Origin: Neocallimastix sp. 'constans'
Taxonomy: Eukaryota
Reading direction: 5' to 3'
DNA: 64,000 nucleotides
Assembly (NCBI GenBank): GCA_050613775.1
Contig: JBODTK010000142.1
Span: 310,001 to 374,000, forward strand
The position numbers and the translations under genes were made by a program. The notes below the pieces were generated by a model, which had not been told where the DNA came from, did not search any database, and worked only from the letters and a program-made list of their open reading frames with translations. This document shows positions 25,356 through 37,300 of this stretch, in pieces (the stretch's first letter is position 1; each line of letters starts with the position of its first letter).

Positions 25356-25766
25356 TTAGGTAAATAAAACAAAATAAACAAAATAGATAAATAAATAAAT
25401 ATTTTGTACTTTCCTTTTAGTCATCATTTTCAATTTTGATAAATATGAATTTTAAAGATGTTTTATATATATGTTCTCGTACTAGCTAATGTTTATATTC
25501 TGATTTTACTATTTGTTAATATATAATAATGAGCTTTGTTTTGGAGCCGTTGAGACTCTTAATCTGTTAACACACTTAAATTTATGATTAATAAATTTTA
25601 ATGTTGTTTATTTATTTTTATTTATTAGGAATTAAACCTCTATTCTTATGTAAATATTACACTGAGCATTTTATGTATTTAACAATTCATCATTTGTGTC
25701 ACATTAGATTCATGTATATCACGTGCATCAATAATTATTATATACATAATTTTAGGACAGTTATCA
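23838..25766 (-). mobile_element. E3: non-autonomous copia-derived mini LTR element (1929 bp; TRIM/LARD-like)
   Basis: Two 202-bp TG...CA LTRs (23838-24039, 25565-25766), identical by eye. PBS 25551-25564; PPT 24040-24048. The interior has no functional ORF but keeps a zinc-knuckle relic (CYI...KGHTTKEC, 25001-25056). Confidence 0.93.
25551..25564 (-). promoter_or_regulatory. E3 primer-binding site (tRNA-Lys(CUU) anticodon arm)
   Basis: GATTAAGAGTCTCA abutting the 5' LTR, identical to the E1 PBS. Confidence 0.85.
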
Positions 25767-25914
<148 letters not shown>

Positions 25915-25952
25915 GTTATTTTTTTTTTGTTTTTGTTTTTGTTTTTGTTTTT

Positions 25953-25984
<32 letters not shown>

Positions 25985-26071
25985 CATTCTAAATTATGCA
26001 TTTTCATTCAATATAATTTTAAAAACTTATTTTTCACCTTTTATCTATTTATAATTAAATTATAATTAATA

Positions 26072-27493
26072 TGTTAAAAATCACAGTTTTGTGTTTTAAT
26101 TACATTGAACATTATACTAAGCTATTAAGTGTAAAATATTTTTATTCGATAATATGATGCAGTGTAACGTTAAATGTTACCAATAATGTTATACTAATAT
26201 AGAAAAAATAATTATAAATGACATGTAATGAAATATTATTAAAATGAATAAGATCTTTCTTAATATAAATGCAATAAAATAAATTAATAAACACCTAAAT
26301 AAAATATAAATATTATTTCTGATTTTCTGATTTTTTTTTAAGTGTTATATTTAACAGATTAGGAATTTCAATGACTCAATAATTCATTAACAGTTGTCAA
26401 TATCAAAATTCAATATATTAAATATTAAAATAAAGAAATATTAGTAGTCAGATTAAAATGATAAAATCAGAAAACTCAGCAACTACGGGAAGCTCTTCAA
26501 AAAACTTCCTTCAATAAAGACAGCAAAAGACAACAAATATATATCAAGTACAACAACAATGAATGATGCTCCTGTTGAAGTAGAACCTCTAAATAGTCAA
26601 ACCAAATGCAATGAATAAATTTCATATTCACAACTTTAAAATTACCGATGAAAAAACTTTCACAAAATGATATTTCAGCTTAAAAAAAATATTTCTTGAT
26701 TCTGAATAATTAGGGGATTATATATCAAAGAATATTAAAAGATATAAATACCAATGAAAAAAAAAAAAAAAAAAAAAAAAGAAAAAAAAAAGACGCCTAA
26801 AGTATAACAGTACATTCAAGATTATAATATTGAATCGCCTTGGACGAATATACAAAAAAAAAAAAAAAAAAAGTTTATTAAAAATAATTGTACAAGTGCA
26901 TACTTAATGATAAATGAATTAAAAGAAAGATTTTCAGAAACAGGTTCATCCAATAAAACTGACAATAAAAAAAAACAAAACTGATGAATATATTTTTTGA
27001 TAAAAATATGAATTAAAATAATCTAAAAAGACTATTTTGAAATTGAAATGAAAATAAAGAAATTAGAAATTGAAAAAACGATGACTTTAAGCTGTATTTA
27101 AATAATCTTAAACTTCGTTATTTACAGAAAAACAAATAACGAGGCAAAATTACACAATAAACCAAAAACTAAAGTGAAGAATCAAAAGTTTTTTATATAT
27201 TATTTAGAGGAATTAAATAAAGTCATTATTGTATATTCATTCACATTTCTATATGTTGAAAAGACATTTAAAGATTTTAAAAAGAAGGCATAACACAAAC
27301 TAAGTACCATAATCAAGAAAAAGTAAAAAAGCATTTAAAGAGTAGAAATCAAAGAAGTATATCAACAACACGAAGATCAAACTTAACAGAATCAGAAATA
27401 GGATGAAGCTATTAAAATGTGCATGTACATTGTACAATTTAAATCCACATCAGAGAAATAATTTTTAAAAATTCTGAATGAAGTATTTTTTCA

Positions 27494-27540
<47 letters not shown>

Positions 27541-27641
27541 ATATCTAAAAACTTAAAAAGTTTTTTTTTTGGATATAAAATTATTTTTTTCTTAATAGAT
27601 TATAAATAAGGAAAAATTTTTGAAAATAATACAAAAAAAAC

Positions 27642-27680
<39 letters not shown>

Positions 27681-27804
27681 GATATTCATCAGATTTGCCT
27701 TGGTTGTCATGTCCTCGACATTACTTCAAAAATCAATAAATTATAGTTCGTGATATGATGTATACCTCAATAAAAGTACACTAGCACTAGGCTCATTTAA
27801 CACA

Positions 27805-27835
<31 letters not shown>

Positions 27836-28449
27836 CATTCCTCAAATTCCTTCAGATAAATAAATTGAGGGGGGGAACAGCACTTTACAACATCAATTTA
27901 GTCAATCCATTTATCATAATAAATTTGAAAATAATGAAAATAAACAGAATAAAAATTAAACTTGAAGATAATATAGATTTAATGGATGAATACAATAATG
28001 AAAACATATTAGATAATAATTCAGAAAACAAAAAAAAAAAAAAAAAAAAAAAAATTAATGAAGATAGAATTACCAAAAGTATTTCTGGGCCCAAGCTTAA
28101 ATACTTTGCTGATTTTATCATAGAAATGAATGTAGAAAATGCCAATGTAGAGGGAATGTTAAAATATCAGAGTTAATGTGTTTTAATTACATTGTACATT
28201 CTACTATATTATTATTAAGTATTAAAATATTTTTTTTATTCGATAATATAATGCAATGTAACGTTCAATGTTACCAATAATATTAGATTAATGCAGAAAA
28301 AAATTATAAACAAATAACATGTAATGAAATATTCTTAAATGAATATAAGGTCTTTCTTAATCCAAAAGAAAAAGTAATAAAATAAATAAATAAGCACGTA
28401 ATAAAATATAAAAATCATATCTGATTTTTTTCAAGTGTTATATTTAACA
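26072..28449 (+). mobile_element. E4: old, internally deleted and decayed member of the E2 family
   Basis: Diverged LTRs 26072-26356 and 28157-28449 resemble the E2 LTRs. Degenerate PBS GATTAGGAATTTCAATGACTC; PPT AGAGGGAA; gag, integrase C-terminal and RNase H end relics; flanks TAATA/AAATA. Confidence 0.9.
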
Positions 28450-28956
28450 AAATATATATTAATTAAATAATAAATAATAAGTATTTATAATAATTTTATT
28501 ACTTTTTCAAATCATTTTGTTAATATTTTTTTTTATTAATGAAACTTTTTTTTATTCAAATAAAAAAAAATAATAATAATAATAATAATCACTACAAAAT
28601 ATTACGAATTTATTATTTTTTTAATATATATATATATATATATAGTTAAAATATATATAAATTTATTAATATAAATAATCATATTTGTATTTTTCAATCC
28701 CTTTTTCTTTATATTTCTGCAAAATATTTTAGTTATTACCATTATATCATATAATATAACTAATAATTATATATGTTTAATACATATATATATATACTTT
28801 TTTTTCTATTTTTTTCGTATTTAAACCATCTATCCATATTTCTATTTCATTATTAAGAAAACTTTCAAAACTTTTTTTTTACTAGGAGCTAAAATACTAT
28901 ATTATAGTTTGAAAAAACAAAATTTTAAATAAGTTTAAATATTATTACTTATTGTA

Positions 28957-28999
<43 letters not shown>

Positions 29000-29144
29000 T
29001 TTTTTTTTTTTCCTTCTTTTTCTTTATTATTCACTATAAAGAATTTGTATCGAAAATTTTTATTTAATATAATAATGCCTTAATTCTGATTTTTCGTTCA
29101 CAGAATTAAAATTGTAATTAATATTAATATTAATATTAATATCA

Positions 29145-29201
<57 letters not shown>

Positions 29202-29665
29202 TATTATTTTTTTACGAATAAAGAAAAAATATCTAGTATATATTCTAGATATTTAATTTTATGAGAATGAAAGTTTACCAATGTAATTATAACGAATATT
29301 TGAAAATTTATATTTATTTTAATTAATAAAAAAAAAATTAATAATAAAAATAATAATACAAATGAATGATTAAAATGAATTTAGAGATTATAGTTAATTA
29401 TATATTTTAAATATTAAAGAAAAAGACTTCATATCACTGATAAACTTTGATAATTAATTAATTTTGTTGATATTCAAAAAAAAAAAAAAAAAAATTGAAC
29501 CAAAGTTAAAAAATGTGTATAGAAAATAAAATAAATTGAAGAGAATTTATTTAAAATAATAAACAAAAAAATACATATATTGTATTTTTTTTATGACATA
29601 TTCAACCATATCTAATTTTTTTTTTTTTTTTTTTTTTTTAATTTTTTAGCATATTTAAAATATTT

Positions 29666-29705
<40 letters not shown>

Positions 29706-31630
29706 CAATTTTTAACAATTAAAGTTATAGTATCATTAAAGATTAGGTAATTAATAATGGTTAGGTTTATTTTTCAATTTATGTTATAATGATACATATA
29801 TATTTTTTTTTTATTTTTTATTTTTTTTTTTTATTAAAAGATATTAAGAAATATGTTGCACAAATTAAATATATGATAATAATCTTATTGTAAAACAAGA
29901 TTAAACAAAAATAAACAAAGATGAAAAAAATATTAATATATATATATATAAGATTTATTTTAAGAAATTTAAAAAAAAAAAATTATATATAGTTTAAAAA
30001 GAATTTCTATATAATATTAGTTATAAAAAAAAAAATAAAAATAAAAATAATAAAAATTTTGAAAATCTCTTTTGATTTAAAATATGATTTTAATTTAGTA
30101 ATGATATCAAAGTTCAATATAGTATATTATTTCAATAATAATAAAATCAATTATTGCTAATATCATAGTTAATTATTATAATAATAATTAAAAAAAAAAT
30201 TGCTTAAAAGAAAGCTATAATATCTATATATTATTTATTTATTTAATAAATAAATAAATAAAAAAAAATTCTAAAAAAAAAATATATATATATTTATTTA
30301 AAATTATATAAAAGTAATATGCTTCTATTAATTCTTTTTTTTTTTTTTTTTTTTTCTTATCTTAATCACTAATGTGCATTTAACATTTTTAAATATTATT
30401 TATTATTAATGTAATACATTTTTTTGTAGAATTTTAGAATTTTTTTTTCTTTTGTTTTAAATACAAATGAATTTTATAATTATTATGATTATTCTAAGAA
30501 TAAAAAAAAAAAAATAAATTATATATATATAAATTTATGGATTTTCTTTTTAATAACTATTAAAAAAGAGTTAAAGTATATTATTGTTAATATTTTGATA
30601 TTTTTTTATTTTTATTTTTATATTTTTTTTATTTTTATTCATATTTATTTTTATTATTCATAATTATTTTTATATTATTTTTATATTTTTATCAACTTTG
30701 AATGGTTAAATTAAGTTTTTTTTTTTTTTTTTTTCCTTTCAATAATATTATATTTAATACAAAAAAAAACAAACATATAGCTTAAAAATAATATATATAT
30801 AATATAGTATCATATCATATAATATAATATAGTTTAATATATAATATCACTAATAAATATTTTAATAATTTTTTTTTTTTTTTTTTTTTTTTTTGGAACT
30901 GTCCAAATTTGTTTTTATTTTTAATTTTTTTTTAAAAAATTTTAATTAAATTTAAATAAAAAAGAAAATTAATTAGAAATTAATTATTATCAAAAAAAAA
31001 CAGACATACTTACATTCATGACACACTACACACTCTATTTAATATTAAAAAAAAATTAATATGTATTAAAAAAGAAAAGAAAAAAAATTATATCATTCTA
31101 TAAAAGAAATTATGAATATATATTTATTTATTAAAAGAAAAAAAGATTAGGAATAATTATTAATACTATATATAAATGTTTAATATTTGATTGAATTATT
31201 ATTATTATTATTTTTATGATTATAGTTTTGTTTTCTATTTTTCTATTTTACAATTTTTCTACTTTTTTTTTAACTATTATAGTTAATATAAAACGTTTAA
31301 ATACAAGAAAAGAAAATAAAAATACATTCTATAATATAAAAAATTTTTTATAATTTTTTTTTCCAGCTAAGTAACAAAGTACAAAAAATACCAAACAAAC
31401 AAATATTTAAAAGTTAAGCCATAATTAAAGTATTATCATTTAAATTATTCTATTTTTTATAATATTTACTATTTATATTATCCATAATCAAAAAAGAAGT
31501 TTATAATTTTAATACTTTCTAATGTTAGATGTTTTATAATATTTTATAATTAATAATATATTGATATTTATACTGTAATTTATTATTTGTAATAATAATA
31601 ATTTTTTTTTTTAAAAAAACCTTAAAAATG

Positions 31631-31662
<32 letters not shown>

Positions 31663-33179
31663 TATTTAATTATATTTATTAATAAATTTAATAAAATAAA
31701 TTATTATTTATTAAAATTTTAATTTTTTTTTAATTATTTTTTTTATTTTTATTTTCTATAATTTATTTTCTATAATTTTTTTTTTTTTTTGTTTTTATTT
31801 TTTATTTTCTATTTAACTATTTATAGTATAATTAATTATTATTACTATTATTATTTTTTTTTTTATAAAATTTAAAATTAATGTTAAGAGGTTAATATAA
31901 ACATTAAATGATTATTAATATATAAATATTGATATAAATAAAGAATAAATAGTATATTATAATATATATTTTTTTGTTCATAAAATATTCATTATCAAAT
32001 AGTTAAAATCATATTAAATAGTTAAAAACTAAAAAAATTAAAAACTAAAAAAAAAAAAATTAAATTAAATAAGTTAATAGTCATAATAATTTAAACAAAA
32101 AAGGAAATTAAAAAAATGAGGAAGTTTGAGAAGTTTCAAGACACCATAAAACCTTTTTATAAATGAAAGATTAACAAAACAATTTTAGATGCTATAGAAT
32201 AAATTTTCAATAGTATAGGAATAGATATAGATATACATTTATTTTTATACTTTTTATAATAATAATTTATTAATATTAATATATTATTATTTTTTTTTGA
32301 TAATAATTTATTATTTTTTTATTTTTATATTTTTTATGATTATAATTCATTTTTTATTTTTATAATAAAAATTTAATTTGTTTATTTTATATATATATAT
32401 ATATTTTCTTTTAAATTACAAATGTTAAAAAAATAATTCGAATAAAAATTAATACTTTAAAAGATTAAATAAAATTATTCCTTTTAATTATTTAAACTAG
32501 TAAAATATCCAAAATATGAATCAGTTGATATAATATATAACATTATTGGAAATTTATACATTTATACTATTTTTTTTTTTTTTTTTTTTTATTCTTAGAG
32601 CTAATAATTCTAATTAATATATATAAAGTACCATTTTACTCGTTATAGTTTCCAAATATATAGACTTATTTTTATATAGCCAAGAAAGCAATATAATCAA
32701 TGTATTTTATGTATTGTATTATTGATTTATTTAAAATAGAAAATCGAATATATATATTATAATTTATGATAATTTTTTTTTTTTTTTTTTAAATTTTTTA
32801 TTTTTGTTATTATTATTTTTATGATATTTATATAAAAAAAACTTTTATTATTTTTTATTTCTATAGTGTTAAACTTTAAATAATTAGTTTAACCTTGCCA
32901 AAATTTTAATTCTAAGAGATGAAGTAAAGTTATTTTATTTCTAATTTATAAAGTTTATTTTTGTTTTTAATGTAATTTTTATTTTATTTTATTTTATTTT
33001 ATTTTTTATTTTATTTTGCAAATCTTCAAATCTTCAAATCTTATAAATAATATATTAACAAGAGAGAGATGTACTCTATAGATTAATTAAAAAATTTTTT
33101 TTTTTTTTAAAAAACTATTCTAGCTACTACTACAGTTACCAATAATTATAATTACCATTATAATTAATTAAATTGTTAA

Positions 33180-33226
<47 letters not shown>

Positions 33227-34352
33227 TAAATCTAAAATTTAACTAATAACTACATATAAACTAAATTAATCTAAAAAAAAAAGATAATAGGAATAAATTA
33301 ATGAATTATTTTATTTTATAATATTTTTTATTTAAATTCTACAATGAACTACATAATAAATTTTATTCATTTGTAAATAACTATACTTTCATCTCTTTTT
33401 ACTTCTTTTTTTTTTTATTTTTTTTTTTTTTTATTTATTTTTAATTTATATATATATGTATAATTATTAAATGTACTTTTATTTTTTTATATTGTTATTA
33501 ATATATATATTTTTATAATCTTATTACACCTACTACCCTTTTAATTTTTTCTTCTAAATATTTAATCCTTTTAAAAAAAAAAAAAAAAAAAAAAACTGAA
33601 TGTAATAAATGTGGTTCATCCAAATAAAAACCCAAATAAAAACATTGAAATTAATGTAATGTAAATTTAGAAACTAATACATTTTTTAAATGGTAATGTA
33701 TCTGTTATCAAAAAAATTTTTTTAATTAAAAACTTTAAAATTTTTCTTATCAATTATTTATTTTTATCTTTATATTTTATTATTTATATTTTATATTTAT
33801 AGATATTAAATATTGGGAAATACTATGTCATCAATGAAGTCTTAATCTTAAGTATTTGTATTACTATAACTATTTTCTTCTTATTTAAAAGGACAATTAA
33901 TAAGATTCATATTTATTCAATTTTTTTTTTCTTTTTTAAAAATATCAAGATCTTATCACTAATTATAAATATTTATTATACATACTTATTAAATTGGACT
34001 ATTACTATCCATTAATTTATTTATAATAGATATATCATTCAGAGAATAATAAAATATTATAGAGATAGATATTTTTGTTTTTTATTTTTATTTTTATTTT
34101 ATTTTTTTATTTTTTTTTTTTTATTTATTTAAGTTCTATTTTATTTTAATTATTAAATTATTATTTTATTTTATACTAATTACATGTATTAGTTTTTTTT
34201 TTACTACATCAATTACACAATAACTTCATATTAATATTATAGGTATTAAGCCACATAGATACATACATACATAGAGATTTAAATATATATAATATAAATT
34301 ACTATACTATTTGAACTTTATTTTTAACACTCCTCCTAAAGTTCAATTGTGA

Positions 34353-37300
34353 CTAACACTTCACCATAATAGAATCTCTAAATTTATTTAATAGATATGT
34401 ATTAAGATACTTTGTAAAACCATCGGCTAGATTATCTTCAGACTTTATATATTTTAGTTTTATTTTATTTTCTTTAATAAGATCTCTTGTGTGGTGATAT
34501 TTTATGTCTATGTGTCTAGATCTTGGGTTAATAGTTTCATTTTCGCAATTGTAAATGGCAGCTTTATTATCTACATTTATTGTTATACAATTACAATTTA
34601 ATTTTAATTCATTTAATACATTTTCATACCACAAGCAATGTCTAGCGCATTCATTTATTCCATAATATTCACTTTCGGCAGAAGATACAGATACACAGTG
34701 TTGTAATTTTGAATACCATGAGGTAGGTCCTGAACCTATTTTAATTATATAACCCGTAGTAGATTTTCTAGACTCTACATCTCCTCCGTAATCTGCATCT
34801 ACATAAACATTTAATTTTAAGTTTCCTGAATACCTTAAACCATAATTAGGTTTTCCCTTGAGGTATCTAAATATTTTGATGACATTATACCAATCTTCAT
34901 AATTTGGATCTTTGGCTTTTCTGGAAGCTTTATTCACAGGAAATAAGATATCCGGTCTAGTACATATCGCGAGATATAATAAACTACCTATAGCTTGTTG
35001 GTATTTCGTGATATTGAATTTTCTTTTTCTTAATTCTTCATTTTCTTCTGGTATCATATTTGAAGATATTTTATACTTATCTATATCAAATTTTCTTAAT
35101 ATATTCTCTAGATATTTATGTTGTTGCAATAGATAGCCGTCTTTTTCTTTTATAAATTTAACGCCAATGATTGTATCCACAGGACCTATATCAGTTATGT
35201 TAAAATAATTTTTTAATAAATGTTTTGTTTTATATACTTCATGTTCATTACCTGTTAATAATATATCATCTACATAAACTGTAAGAAGACAAATAATTTT
35301 ATTCCGATCATTCATTTTAACGTAAATGCATGGTTCACTTCGAAGTCTATTAAAACCAATATTTATAAGTTTTTCATTTAAAGTCTCGTTCCACAAACGA
35401 CCAGACTGTTTCAAACCGTACAAGGCTTTATTTAGTTTCCAATAGCCATTTTTATAATCTTCAGCACCTTCTGGAATTTCCATATAAACATCTTCGTTTA
35501 GTGTAGCGTTTAGGTAGGCTGATTTTATATCAATTTGATATATATTAAAGTTATTGGCTGATGCAATAGCAGTTGCTATTCTCAAAGAGTCCTGTTTCAA
35601 TGTGGGCGAGAACGTCTCATTATAATCAATGCCTTGTTTTTGTGTAAAACCTCTGGCTACCAGTCTTGCTTTTCTTTTATTTATACTATTGTCTGAATTA
35701 TATTTGTATCTGAACACCCACTTTGGTGTTATTATATTACTACCCTTGGGTACCCTATCAACTTTCTTATAAACTTTTAAGTTTTTCATGCTGTTTAATT
35801 CCTCCTTGACTGCTTGTAACCATTCATTTTTATCAATTTTATTGAATATATCAGGATAATTATAGGGTTCACACAGCTCCTCCTTTGTAGATAATAAAGA
35901 AAAATTATCTTCTATTATATCCATTAAATCAAATGATTTTATTTTCTTTGATTCTGGTTTTAATTCAGAATCAAGTTTTCTCTTACCTTTCCGTTTAACG
36001 TTCTTGTCCTTTAAATTTGATGATTTTAATTTCTTTGATTCAGGTTTTGTTTCTGAATCAAGTTTTCTCTTTCCTTTACGTTTACTTGTTTTCTTATTAT
36101 TTGTTTTATCTGGTGTTTCTTTATCATTATTAATATTTGATATTGTAGAATTATTTGATTTATTATTCATATCTAATTTATTTAATTCTTTGTTTACATT
36201 TGAATTTAATTCTTTGTTTACATTTGAATTTAATTCATTTTTTATATTTGAATTTAATTCTTTGTTTACTTTTGATTTTAATTCTTTGTTTACATTTGAA
36301 TTTAATTCTTTGCTTACATTTGAATTTAATTCATTTTTTATATTTGAATTTAATTCTTTATTTATATTTGAATTTAATTCATTGTTTATATTTGAAATTA
36401 ATCCTTTGTTTATATTTGAATTTAATTCATTGTTTATATTTGAATTTAATTCTTTGTTTATATTAGAATTATTATTTATACGTTGGACATCGTTCATATT
36501 CGACTGACCATCATATAAATTATTAATTCTCATTTTTGTATTAAAATTATTTTTATATAAATTGTTATTTGGAATATAATTATTTTTTACATAATTATTA
36601 TCAATGGAACTTGAATTTCCATTCATAACGTTATCATTACAATTTGAATTATGTATGGATTGTTCCATTTTATCATTTTTATTGTTTATGTTGTTAATTA
36701 AATTATATTTACCTTGAGAATTATCTTCTGAATTTTTATTGTTTAAATTTCCTGAATTTGATGAATTTTGAGCATTATTTTCATAATTTATAATTTTATT
36801 AATATAATTATTATTTAAATTATTATCATTTAAATATAAATGACCCTTATATTCATTTAGAAAATTATTATAATTTTCATTTTGAATATAATTATTTTTA
36901 TTTAAATAATTTAAATTAGGATTTATAAATCCAGCATTATAATTGTAAATGGCCGGATTTAAGTTTTCTGCAAAAGGTAAATTGCTACTTATATTACTAT
37001 TTAAATTATTTAAAGGTAAAATATTATAATTATTATAATTTTTATATGGGTCAATTATATTGGTTGATTGGGGAAAATTTTTATTTGGATTAGGACTATA
37101 AGTAAAATTAATATTATTATCATTTAAATAATTTTTATTAAAATTATATTTATTTAAATTATTATCATTTGGATAATTATTATTTATATTATTATTATTA
37201 TTTAAATTATTATTTTCTAAATAATTATTATTTAAATTATTTAAGTTATCATTATTATTTATATTGTTATTATTTTTATTTTCTTCTCTATTTTCTGTTG

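Noticed and set aside
27865..28176. 103-aa ORF
   Set aside because: Chance fusion of E4 pol relics running into the LTR.
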